From an uncultured Chloroflexia bacterium (lineage in GTDB: Bacteria > Chloroflexota > Limnocylindria > Limnocylindrales > CSP1-4): a DNA stretch of 64,000 bases. Below the pieces are notes generated by a model that worked only from the letters and a program-made list of their open reading frames with translations, was not told the DNA's origin and did no database searches. Where the stretch lies: NCBI GenBank assembly GCA_963720755.1, contig CAVRGP010000015.1, positions 256,001-320,000 of the forward strand, given 5' to 3'. Shown in pieces: positions 27,413 to 36,620 of the stretch. A program made the translations under genes and the position numbers. Each line of letters starts with the position of its first letter. The stretch's first letter is position 1.

Positions 27413-28354
27413 GTGGACGCTGCCGAGACCGTGGCCGACGATCCGCGCGATCCGCTCGTCCGCGCCCTGGCCCGGGTGCCCGAATTCGCCGCCCGGACGG
27501 TCCGGCTGACCGCCCTGTCGGGTGGCATCACCAACCGGAACTTCATGGTCGAAGCGGACGGGACGAGTGATCGATGGGTCATCCGCCTGGCCGGTAACGA
27601 CACCCACCTGCTCGGGATCAGTCGCGAGGTCGAACACGCGGCGACCGTCGCCGCGGCGGGCGTCGGGGTCGGTCCGGAGGTGACCGCTTTCATCCGGCCG
27701 GAGGGGTACCTCGTGACCCGATTCATCGCGGGTACGCCGGTCGACCTGGAGACCGTTCATCTGCCCGAGACGCTCGCTCGGATCGCCGATTCGCTGCGAC
27801 GCGTCCACGACGGACCGGCGATCCCTGGTCTGTTCGTTCCGCTCCGGATCGTCGAAGCCTATCGTGCCCTCGCGATGGCCCGGGATGTGCCGATCCCGGC
27901 CGCGTACGAGCGGGCGCTGGCCGTTGCCAGGCGGATCGAGGGGGCGCTCCTCGCCGAGCCGATCGAATTGCGGCCGTGCCACAACGATCTGCTCAACGCC
28001 AACTTCATCGATGACGGCGTTCGCATCCGGATCATCGATTGGGAGTACGCCGGGATGGGTGACCCGTTCTTCGACCTGGGCAACCTCAGCGCCAATCACG
28101 AGCTGTCGCCCGACGAGGACGCGATCCTCCTGGCGGCCTATGGCGGCGGCGCCGACGCGCGACAGCTGGCACGACTGACCCTGATGCGCATCGTGTCCGA
28201 CTTCCGCGAGGCGATGTGGGGCGTGCTGCAACAGGCGATCAGCACGCTCGAGATCGATTTCGTCGCCTACGCAGATGCGCGCTTCGACCGGCTCCTGACC
28301 GAGGCGGGATCCCGGCGTTTCGAGCGCGCAATCGCCGCGATGACCGGGGAGTGA
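27413..28354 (+). CDS. Choline/ethanolamine kinase-family phosphotransferase
   Basis: LSGGITNRNF, Brenner motif CHNDLLNANFI, IIDWEYAGMGDPFFDL. Confidence 0.9.
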   Translation: MDAAETVADDPRDPLVRALARVPEFAARTVRLTALSGGITNRNFMVEADGTSDRWVIRLAGNDTHLLGISREVEHAATVAAAGVGVGPEVTAFIRPEGYLVTRFIAGTPVDLETVHLPETLARIADSLRRVHDGPAIPGLFVPLRIVEAYRALAMARDVPIPAAYERALAVARRIEGALLAEPIELRPCHNDLLNANFIDDGVRIRIIDWEYAGMGDPFFDLGNLSANHELSPDEDAILLAAYGGGADARQLARLTLMRIVSDFREAMWGVLQQAISTLEIDFVAYADARFDRLLTEAGSRRFERAIAAMTGE

Positions 28355-29433
28355 TGGACGACGGACCCGATCCGCCCGCCGGATCGCCAGCCCGCCGTGT
28401 CGCCCTCGGCGCGATCGTCTTCGTCGCGACGCTCGCGTTGCTGTTCGGGATCGGTTCTCTCGTCGGGGGCAGCCCTTCGGGTTCGGAGGGACCGGGTCCA
28501 TCGACTGGACCGGCGAGTGGCGTCTCGTCGCCACAGGTATCGGAGGCCGTGCCGTCGGCGACGACCGGTCCGACAGGCACGGCCACATCTGGCCCGACCG
28601 TCGGGCCGACGCCGTCCGCGGTCACTCCGACCGCAGGGACGGATGCGGTCCTCGTCGGGGCCGGCGATATCGCGGATTGTGGGTTGCCCGACGATGGCGC
28701 AACGGCGGACCTCATCGCCGGGATCCCCGGCACGGTGTTCACGGCCGGCGACAACGCCTACCCGACCGGATCCCGGACGCAATTCGGCGATTGCTACGAC
28801 CCGACCTGGGGGCGCTTCCTCGAGCGAACCAGACCGGCGCCAGGCAACCATGACCACCTGACTGCCGGCCTCGCTGGCTACCTGGACTACTTCGGATCGT
28901 CGGCCGCGCCGAATGGCACGAGCTGGTACTCATACGACGTCGGGACGTGGCACATCATCGTGCTCGACTCGTCGTGCGACATCGTGGGCGGATGCGGCCC
29001 CGAATCGGAGCAGGGTCGATGGCTCGCCGCCGATCTGGCAGCATCCGACGCCCGGTGCACGCTGGCGGTCTGGCATCACCCGCGCTGGAGCTCCGGACTG
29101 CACGGCAACGATCCGACCGTCGCGCCTTTCTGGCAGGCGCTCTATTCGGCCGGCGCCGACGTCGTCGTCAACGGCCACGATCACGACTACGAGCGGTTCA
29201 AGCCCCAGGATCCGGCCGGCAACGTCGACGATGCCGCGGGGCTGCGGGAATTCGTCGTGGGTACCGGCGGAGCCGCCCTGCGGTCGTTCTCGTCGACCGC
29301 GGCGAACAGCGTGGTGCGGGTCGCCGGGGTCCACGGGGTCATCCGGTTCGACCTGCGACCGAATGGGTATGGGTGGCGATTCATCTCCACGACCGGCGAG
29401 GTTTCAGATACGGGCCAGGGGACCTGTCACTGA
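28354..29433 (+). CDS. Membrane-anchored or secreted metallophosphoesterase (purple acid phosphatase-like)
   Basis: N-terminal TM segment, Pro/Thr linker, GDIA, GDNAY, GNHD, WHHP, GHDHDYER. Confidence 0.88.
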   Translation: MDDGPDPPAGSPARRVALGAIVFVATLALLFGIGSLVGGSPSGSEGPGPSTGPASGVSSPQVSEAVPSATTGPTGTATSGPTVGPTPSAVTPTAGTDAVLVGAGDIADCGLPDDGATADLIAGIPGTVFTAGDNAYPTGSRTQFGDCYDPTWGRFLERTRPAPGNHDHLTAGLAGYLDYFGSSAAPNGTSWYSYDVGTWHIIVLDSSCDIVGGCGPESEQGRWLAADLAASDARCTLAVWHHPRWSSGLHGNDPTVAPFWQALYSAGADVVVNGHDHDYERFKPQDPAGNVDDAAGLREFVVGTGGAALRSFSSTAANSVVRVAGVHGVIRFDLRPNGYGWRFISTTGEVSDTGQGTCH

Positions 29434-29435
29434 CG

Positions 29436-30221
29436 CTAGCGCACCTCGTCGACGTCCGTCCACCACTGGCGTCGATCGCCGATCCGGTCGCGCATCCGCC
29501 AGGCCATCGGCTTCGGTTCCCCGTCGATCCTGGACTTGACCGCGCGAGTCGCGGTCACCACGCGATCGCGAGCACCGGCATCGAGGTGGGGCTGGGTCAG
29601 CGCCACCGTCCCGACCTTCTCGAGGTTCTGGGTCAGGGTCCGCCAGAGGCCCCAGTCGGCAGCAGCCAGACGGGCGATCCGCTCCAGATCGATCGTGTCG
29701 CCGTCGCGATCGCCGAGCGGATGCTCGAGCAGCAGCATGATCACGTCGACGATGTCCTTCTCGTTGATCTTGACGATCTGGAGTTTGGACAGGAGCAACT
29801 CGGCCAACGGGATCGTCGGGCGCTCGATCTCGAGTCTGCCGGCCAGTGGGATGACGTGGCAGAACTCGAGGCGGTCGTAGAAGACATCCAGGTGGACGCG
29901 CCGGTCCGCGTGGAAGAAGATCGACCGGGCGCCCTCCGATGCGGCATACACTTCGCGGTCGTCGACGTAGCCGTGGCGGACGAGCAGCTCGGTCAGCTCC
30001 TTCGCGCCTCGCCGGTACGCGACCATGTCGATGTCGGCGTAGGTGCGCCTGGACGGGGCCAGCAACGCCGTCGCCGCCGGACAACGCAGTGAAACGGCGA
30101 TGGAGCCGAGGACCCGGAAGGGTATCCCGGCCTCGTCGGCGAACTCGATGATCCGGGCCACCTCCGCTTCCAGCGTCGCCCGGTCGATCGCATACGCCGC
30201 CTGATCACGGGAAGCGGTCAC
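29436..30221 (-). CDS. Uncharacterised nucleotidyltransferase-family protein
   Basis: VLGSIAV...YADIDMV, HLDVF, LLLSKLQ...EKDIVD; GTG start 6 nt after TACGAT. Confidence 0.7.
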   Translation of the reverse strand: MTASRDQAAYAIDRATLEAEVARIIEFADEAGIPFRVLGSIAVSLRCPAATALLAPSRRTYADIDMVAYRRGAKELTELLVRHGYVDDREVYAASEGARSIFFHADRRVHLDVFYDRLEFCHVIPLAGRLEIERPTIPLAELLLSKLQIVKINEKDIVDVIMLLLEHPLGDRDGDTIDLERIARLAAADWGLWRTLTQNLEKVGTVALTQPHLDAGARDRVVTATRAVKSRIDGEPKPMAWRMRDRIGDRRQWWTDVDEVR

Positions 30222-30300
30222 TGCGCGATCGTAGCGGAGCCGATCGGCCCGTGCAGGAGCGCCGCGCGGCCGTCGCTCGGAGGCCATATCGTTTCTGGTC

Positions 30301-32748
30301 ATGGCGACGGATCAGGCTCGGGTGGTGGTCATCGGCGGCGGGATCACCGGTTGCAGCGTGGCCTACCACCTCGCCCTCGAGGGTTGGACGGATGTCCTTC
30401 TGCTCGAGAAGGCCGAGCTGACGGCGGGTTCCACCTGTCAGGCCGCCGGTCTGGTCACTGCATTCAACCCGTCTTCGACGATGATGCGGTTCCGCCGGTA
30501 CAGCATCGACCTGTACCGACAGCTCGGCGTGTTCGATACCGTCGGAAGCCTGCGATTGGCGTCGAGCCACGACCAGCTCCGGGAGCTCGAGCGGGCGGCC
30601 AGCCGAGCGCGCGGGGTCGGTCTCGATGCGGGGGTCATCAGCGCCGAGGAGGCTCGTCGGCTGATGCCGGCGATCTCGGACAAGGCTCTCTACGGTGCCG
30701 TCCACCTGGCCGGGGACGGTCACCTGGACCCACACGGTGCGACGCATGCCGTCGCCGACGCGGCTCGGGCGCTCGGGGTGCGGATCAAGACCGGGATCCG
30801 GGTCACCGGGGTGGAGCTGGGTCAGCGCCGCGAGGTGACCGCGGTGATCACCGATTCCGGCCGGATCGCGACCGACGTCGTCGTCAACGCGGCCGGGATG
30901 TGGGCGCCGCAGGTCGCGGCGATGGTCGGTGGCTTCATCGCGTCCACCCCGGTCGATCATCAACACGTCGCGCTGCGCGCCGTGCCCGGGCACGAACTGC
31001 CCAGGGACATGCCCTGTTTCCGCGATCCGGACAACCTGGTCTACGGCAAGAGCGAGCAGGGCGGGATGCTCTTCGGCGGCTACGAGCTCGACCCGGTCTC
31101 GCGCTGGGAGGATGGCGTCCCGTGGGACCACGCTGCGCGCTCCATGGCCCCCGATTGGGAGCGCTTCGCCCCGCTCATGGCCGGCGCGATCCGACGGTTC
31201 CCGTTCCTGGCCGATGCCGAGGCCATCCGGCTGGTCTGCCATCCCGATGCCATGACCCCCGATGCGAACCCGCTCCTCGGCCCGCTCCCCGGCGTGCGGG
31301 GGTTCTGGGTCGCCGCCGGTCTGTCGCTCAACGGGTTCGGCGGCGGCGGTGGCATCGGTCGGGCGATGGCCGGCTGGATCACCGCCGGCGATCCGGGCGT
31401 GGATGTCGGGCCTTACCGGGCCTGGCGGTTCAGCGACACCTACCGAGACCCGACGTTCGCCGCGGGCCTGGCCCGCGAGATGTACGCCGACTACTACCAC
31501 CTGCGATATCCGTACGACGCGGACGTGACTGGTCGGCCCCGGCGGCTGTCACCGCTGCACGGCCGCCTCCAGGAGACGGGTGCCGTGTTCGGGACCAAGG
31601 CCGGCTGGGAGCGCGCCGACCACCACGAGCCCGGCCGACCGTGGCGCCGGGCCGGACGAGATCAGGCCGGCTGGGGTTGGTCCGAACCGCCCTGGTTCGG
31701 ACGCGTCTGCGCCGAGGCCCGGAGTGTCCGGGAGCGAGTCGGGATCATCGACCTGTCCTCGTTCGGGAAGATCGACGTGGACGGTCCGGGCGCCTTGTCG
31801 CTGCTCCAGCGGGTCGCGGCGAACGACGTCGACCGTCCGGCCGGCAGCGTGATCTACAGCGCATTCCTCGACGCGTCGGGTGGCATGGTCGCCGACGTCA
31901 CGATCACCCGGCTGGCGGCCGAACGGTTCCGGGTCATCACCGGCGCCGGCACCCTCGCATCCGACCTGGCCTGGCTGCGCAACGCCGTCGATGACGATGA
32001 CGTGCGACTGCGCGACGTATCAGCCGACCTTGCCACCATCGGGCTGTGGGGCCCGCTCGCACGAGACGTGCTGGCCGAGATGGTCGTCGACCCGGACACG
32101 GTCGCCGATGCCGCCCTGCCGATCCGCCAGGCGCGGTCGATCGTCGTCGCGAACATGCCCGTGTTGGCGGCCCGGATCAGTTACGCGGGCGAGCTCGGGT
32201 GGGAGCTGACCATGGCTGCGCAGCATGCGGTTGCGGTCTGGGACGCGGCGATGCGGGCTGGCGCTCCCGTCGACCTCGGTCCGTTCGGGTATCGGGCGCT
32301 CGACTCGCTCCGGCTGGAGAAGGGGTATCGCTACTTCGGGACCGACATGACGATGTCCGAGACACCGGATGCGGCGGGGCTCGGCATGTTCGTTCGGACG
32401 CACAAGGGCCTTTTCATCGGGCGGGATGCCGTGCTCGCGGCGCGGGCCCGATCCGCCGCGTCCCCGGATCCCGAGGCCACCCGCCTGAGCACATTCGTGG
32501 TCGATGATCGGGACGGCTATCTGCCTGTGTTCGGGGGCGAAGCGGTGCGTTCGGAGGGGGAGGTCATCGGTCGCGTCCGAAGCGCTGCCTACGGAACGAC
32601 CCTATCGCGAACGATCGGCTACGTGTATCTTCCTGCGAGACTCCAGGAGGGATCGCCACTCACGGTGGATGTCTTCGATCAGCAAGTCCCGGCGACCGTC
32701 ACGGCCGACGTCCTCGTCGACCCGCGCGGTCTCCGGATGCGCGGCTGA
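30301..32748 (+). CDS. GcvT-family FAD-dependent oxidoreductase (dimethylglycine/sarcosine dehydrogenase-like)
   Basis: IGGGITG, TPDANP, GWERA, DLSSFGK, YAGELGWEL, SLRLEKGY. Confidence 0.92.
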   Translation: MATDQARVVVIGGGITGCSVAYHLALEGWTDVLLLEKAELTAGSTCQAAGLVTAFNPSSTMMRFRRYSIDLYRQLGVFDTVGSLRLASSHDQLRELERAASRARGVGLDAGVISAEEARRLMPAISDKALYGAVHLAGDGHLDPHGATHAVADAARALGVRIKTGIRVTGVELGQRREVTAVITDSGRIATDVVVNAAGMWAPQVAAMVGGFIASTPVDHQHVALRAVPGHELPRDMPCFRDPDNLVYGKSEQGGMLFGGYELDPVSRWEDGVPWDHAARSMAPDWERFAPLMAGAIRRFPFLADAEAIRLVCHPDAMTPDANPLLGPLPGVRGFWVAAGLSLNGFGGGGGIGRAMAGWITAGDPGVDVGPYRAWRFSDTYRDPTFAAGLAREMYADYYHLRYPYDADVTGRPRRLSPLHGRLQETGAVFGTKAGWERADHHEPGRPWRRAGRDQAGWGWSEPPWFGRVCAEARSVRERVGIIDLSSFGKIDVDGPGALSLLQRVAANDVDRPAGSVIYSAFLDASGGMVADVTITRLAAERFRVITGAGTLASDLAWLRNAVDDDDVRLRDVSADLATIGLWGPLARDVLAEMVVDPDTVADAALPIRQARSIVVANMPVLAARISYAGELGWELTMAAQHAVAVWDAAMRAGAPVDLGPFGYRALDSLRLEKGYRYFGTDMTMSETPDAAGLGMFVRTHKGLFIGRDAVLAARARSAASPDPEATRLSTFVVDDRDGYLPVFGGEAVRSEGEVIGRVRSAAYGTTLSRTIGYVYLPARLQEGSPLTVDVFDQQVPATVTADVLVDPRGLRMRG

Positions 32749-32760
32749 GGCGCGACGACC

Positions 32761-33756
32761 GTGCCCCTGTTCGGCCGGCGTCCGCCGGCCCATGAGACCA
32801 CGATCTTCTTCGCGACCGACGTCCATGGTTCGGAGCGGACGTGGCGGAAGTTCGTCAACGCCGCCGCCTTCTACGGCGCGGACGTCGTGGTGATGGGCGG
32901 CGACGTCATGGGCAAGCTCGCGATCCCGATCATCCGGTCGAGCGGCGGCCGCTATCGGGCGACGATCCACGGTCGGGTGGAGACCCTGGAGACGGACGCG
33001 GAAGTCGCCCAGACCCGCGAGCGGATCGCGTCCCTCGGCTTTTACGACACGGTCATGGACGAGGACGCCTACCAGGCGACCCGGGACGACCCAGACGCGG
33101 TCGATCGACTGTGGAAGGATCTGGCGACCGAGCGCCTCGAACGCTGGATCGCGATCACGGAGGAGCGCCTCGGGCCGTCCGGGATCCAGTGCTACGTCTC
33201 CGGCGGCAATGACGACCTGCTCGAGGTCATGTCGGCGCTGCCGTCGACGGGCACCCGCTCCTTCGTCGGTTGCGAGGGACGGGTCGTGCCGCTCGACGAC
33301 CGGCACGCGATGATCAGTCTTCCGTACGTGAACCCCACGCCCTGGAGCACGCCCCGCGAGGCGTCCGAGGCGGAGCTGGCGCAGATGATCGATGAATCGA
33401 TCGGCGGCCTTCCGGATCTCGAACACGCGATCTTCAATTTCCACGCGCCCCCGGTGGAGTCGACCCTCGACACCTGCCCCCAGCTCGACTGGACCACCGA
33501 CCCGCCATCCCAGATCGTTCGCGGCGGGCAGCCCGTCCTCTACGGGGCCGGGAGCACGTCGGTCCGCGCCGCGATCGAGGAGCATCAGCCGATGCTCGGC
33601 CTCCACGGCCACATCCACGAGTCGCAGGGTGCGGCGAGGATCGGCCGGACCCTGACCGTCAACCCGGGCAGCGAGTACGGCGAAGGGGTCCTGCGGGGTT
33701 GTCTGATCAAGATCGCCGACGGCACGGTCAAGGGATACCAGATGACGACCGGCTGA
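32761..33756 (+). CDS. Cytoplasmic metallophosphoesterase (Icc/COG2129-like)
   Basis: TDVHGS, GGD, GNDD, HAPP, HGHIHE, NPGS. Confidence 0.88.
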   Translation: MPLFGRRPPAHETTIFFATDVHGSERTWRKFVNAAAFYGADVVVMGGDVMGKLAIPIIRSSGGRYRATIHGRVETLETDAEVAQTRERIASLGFYDTVMDEDAYQATRDDPDAVDRLWKDLATERLERWIAITEERLGPSGIQCYVSGGNDDLLEVMSALPSTGTRSFVGCEGRVVPLDDRHAMISLPYVNPTPWSTPREASEAELAQMIDESIGGLPDLEHAIFNFHAPPVESTLDTCPQLDWTTDPPSQIVRGGQPVLYGAGSTSVRAAIEEHQPMLGLHGHIHESQGAARIGRTLTVNPGSEYGEGVLRGCLIKIADGTVKGYQMTTG

Positions 33757-33896
33757 GTCGGACCGGGCCAAGACGTCAAGGGTGGGGAAGGGAGGGCATG
33801 CATCGAGGATCGGAGGAGGGGGACGGAAGCGGCCTAGCCGCGCGGCAGCCGAGCCCTGCCGGATCCCGGCTCGAACCTGCAACGAGGTCAACACGT

Positions 33897-35555
33897 ATGG
33901 CGACAGCTACCGCCCCGGCGGCGCCCGAAGTCTTCGTGCGCAAGTCGTCGGGTCTCGTTCGCGTGATGTCTCCGTCATCGGCGTTCATCTACAACGTCCT
34001 GACTATGGGCCTGATCTTCCCCTGGACCTACCTGTGGGCGCCGGGGGCTCTTCCCGGCGGCCAGCTGGTGTGGGGGATCCTCCTGGCGATGCTGCTCGAG
34101 ATCCCGATCGCCCTGTCGTACGTCTGGTTGTCGACGACCTTCCCCAGGACCGGCGGCGACTATGTCTTCCAGAGCCGGGTGTTCGGCGGCGGCATCGCCT
34201 TCACCGTGGTGTTCTCGGGCTTCGTGATCTGGATCCTGCAATGGGTCGCCCTGTCGGGCTGGCTCCTGGCGACGCTCGGGTTCGCACCGCTCTTCCTCGG
34301 GTTGGCGGCATCGACCGGGAACGCGTCCCTGGTCGACATCTCGACCTGGTTCACGACGCCGACCGGGATCATCATCACCAGCGTGGTCAACGCGGCGTTG
34401 GCCCTGGTCATCCTGGTGTCCGGGTTCCGCAACTACATCCGTCTCCAGCGGGTGATGTGGATCGCCATCCTCGTCTCGTTCGGGACGATGCTCCTGACCC
34501 TGTTCCTGACGCCGACGGCAGATGTCCCGGGCAAGCTGGACGCGTTCTCGGCGGCGATCGGGGGTTCGGCCAATTTCACCGCCGACGCGACGGCCGCTGC
34601 GACCGCAGCAGGGGTGGACCTCAATCCGGCGTTCAGCCTGCTCGCCACGCTGCTCATCGCGCCCATCGCCTGGACGTCGCTGCAGTGGGCGACCTATAGC
34701 AGCCAGCAGAATGGCGAGATCAAGAGCGCAGGCTCGTTCCGTGACCAGGCGTACATCATCATCGGGTCACTGATCCTCACCGGCCTGCTCCTCGCTCTCC
34801 TTGCCTTCGTCCTGGAGAACACCGTGGGCACCCAGTTCCTGTATGTCGCAGGGGCCGGCTACTGGAGTGGCGTCGGGGAGGCCACCCTGGCCGGGTCCTA
34901 CCTGTGGCCGAACATCATCGCGACCGCCCTCGCCAACAACGTCATCGTGACCTTGCTGATCGCCTTTGGGTTCATCCTCAACGGCCACCAGATCGTCCAC
35001 AACTGCTATATCGGGATGACCCGGGTCATGCTGGCGATGTCGTTCGACCGCCTGCTCCCGGAGTGGATCAGTCGGGTGAGCGCCCGGCTTCATACGCCGG
35101 TCAACGCCCATGTCGTCTACTTCCTCGCGAGCATCCCGGTCATCCTCCTGTACAACCTCTTCTCCTACGGGGAAGGCGACAACGCCACGAGCTGGGCGTC
35201 CCTGACCCTTGGCGTGACGTTCGCCTGCGGCTACGTGTTCGTCGTCACGGCGCTCGCGGGGGCGTTGCTGCCGTTCCGTGCGAAGGCTGCGTATGAGGCC
35301 TCCCCGGGCGCGAAGTACACCGTCGGCGGGTTCCCGCTGGTCACGATCGTCGGCCTGCTCGGCGCCGCCTTCGGCGTCGTCTTCCTGTATCTGTTCCTGA
35401 CCAACGACCAGCTCGGCCTCGTGAGTCAGCTGGCCTACACCGTCGTGGGCGGCGTGCTGCTGTTCTCCGCCGCCTGGTACTTCATCGCCAAGCAGATGCG
35501 CAAGTCCAGCGGCATCAACGTGGAGTACGCGTTCAAGGAGATCCCGCCCGAGTGA
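33897..35555 (+). CDS. APC family amino acid/amine permease
   Basis: FVRKSSGLVR, PRTGGDYVF, RVMLAMSFDRLLP, FKEIPPE; about 12 or more TM segments. Confidence 0.9.
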   Translation: MATATAPAAPEVFVRKSSGLVRVMSPSSAFIYNVLTMGLIFPWTYLWAPGALPGGQLVWGILLAMLLEIPIALSYVWLSTTFPRTGGDYVFQSRVFGGGIAFTVVFSGFVIWILQWVALSGWLLATLGFAPLFLGLAASTGNASLVDISTWFTTPTGIIITSVVNAALALVILVSGFRNYIRLQRVMWIAILVSFGTMLLTLFLTPTADVPGKLDAFSAAIGGSANFTADATAAATAAGVDLNPAFSLLATLLIAPIAWTSLQWATYSSQQNGEIKSAGSFRDQAYIIIGSLILTGLLLALLAFVLENTVGTQFLYVAGAGYWSGVGEATLAGSYLWPNIIATALANNVIVTLLIAFGFILNGHQIVHNCYIGMTRVMLAMSFDRLLPEWISRVSARLHTPVNAHVVYFLASIPVILLYNLFSYGEGDNATSWASLTLGVTFACGYVFVVTALAGALLPFRAKAAYEASPGAKYTVGGFPLVTIVGLLGAAFGVVFLYLFLTNDQLGLVSQLAYTVVGGVLLFSAAWYFIAKQMRKSSGINVEYAFKEIPPE

Positions 35556-35576
35556 GCCCCGCTCGCTCCGAGCGCG

Positions 35577-35608
35577 GCGGCCCGGCCGACCGATGTCGGC
35601 CGGGCCGC
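35577..35608. terminator. Perfect 14-bp hairpin between convergent genes (bidirectional terminator)
   Basis: GCGGCCCGGCCGAC-CGAT-GTCGGCCGGGCCGC. Confidence 0.65.
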
Positions 35609-35622
35609 TTCATGTCCGGGGA

Positions 35623-36525
35623 CTATCCGCGGACGTCGCGCAACCAGGCCTCGAGATCCGGGCCGTCGAGCATCCCGGTCGCGCGGGCCCAGCGTTCCTC
35701 GGCCCAGCCGGTGAAGTCGAAGTCGATCGCGGAAATGGCCGCCTGGATGGCCGCCCACAGCGTCCAGCCGACGTCGGACATGATCATCTGCAGATGCATC
35801 CTGGCCAGCAGGCCAGCGGTGACCCGCCCGAAGTAGGCGGCACAAAGCTCCTCCAGGCGGGCCTCGTCGAAGCCCAGTTCCTGGGCCGTGTTGCCGAGTT
35901 CGAAGGTCGGGTCGCCGTTGCCGCTGTATTCGAAGTCGACGATCCACAGCCGCGTGCCATCGTCGATGTAGTTGTCGGCGAGCAGATCGTTGTGGCAGGG
36001 CACCGTGGGGAGGGGGGTGGCCGCCAGGGCAGCCTCGATCCGGGGGAGGAGTCCGAGGTGCTCGCGGTAGCCGGATGGGATCGCGATCGCTCGCTCGTCG
36101 ACCAGGGCGAGGTATCGCTCGGACAGTCGGAACATGTCGAAGTCGTCGCGGAAACGGGGACCGGCGTGGAGGCGGCGGAGCGCCGTCGCGATCCGGGCCG
36201 GCTCGCCGGGCGCGGCGAAGGCCTCGTTCGACATCGTCCGTCCCTCCAGCCAGTCGAGCACGAAGACGTCCCATTCGGGCAGGCTGTAGGTGACCCGCGG
36301 TGCGACGCCGGTCTCCGCCGCCGCCCGGGTGTTGTGGAGTTCGTTCGCCCGATCGACGGCCAGGAGTTCCGTCGCCGCCCCGGGGATCCGGACGAAGTAT
36401 CGTCGGTCGCCGACCTCGACCCGGTAGTTCGTATTGGTCAGCCCGGCCTCGATCCGCGTGGCCGCGACCGCGTGACCGGACCAGTCTGGGATGGCGGCGA
36501 TGACCTGCTCGAGCGTCGGAGGCAC
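35623..36525 (-). CDS. Choline/ethanolamine kinase-family phosphotransferase (second paralogue)
   Basis: AGLTNTNY, CHNDLLADNYI, VDFEYSGNGDP; GTG 6 nt after TACCCT. Confidence 0.9.
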   Translation of the reverse strand: MPPTLEQVIAAIPDWSGHAVAATRIEAGLTNTNYRVEVGDRRYFVRIPGAATELLAVDRANELHNTRAAAETGVAPRVTYSLPEWDVFVLDWLEGRTMSNEAFAAPGEPARIATALRRLHAGPRFRDDFDMFRLSERYLALVDERAIAIPSGYREHLGLLPRIEAALAATPLPTVPCHNDLLADNYIDDGTRLWIVDFEYSGNGDPTFELGNTAQELGFDEARLEELCAAYFGRVTAGLLARMHLQMIMSDVGWTLWAAIQAAISAIDFDFTGWAEERWARATGMLDGPDLEAWLRDVRG

Positions 36526-36620
36526 GGGCGGAGGGTAGCGCACCGCGGCCCGGTCGGGGAGGTGCCTAACCGCTACGCTGAGCGCTGTCAGCCAAACCGC
36601 AGGCGGAGTGGACAGGGTCG

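Noticed and set aside
26054-28588. 844-aa minus-strand ORF and similar long shadow ORFs (36588-39359, 41783-44014, 59950-61383, 30351-31994)
   Set aside because: They are antisense or alternate-frame to well-supported genes, have no motifs, and are expected from stop-codon scarcity at high GC.
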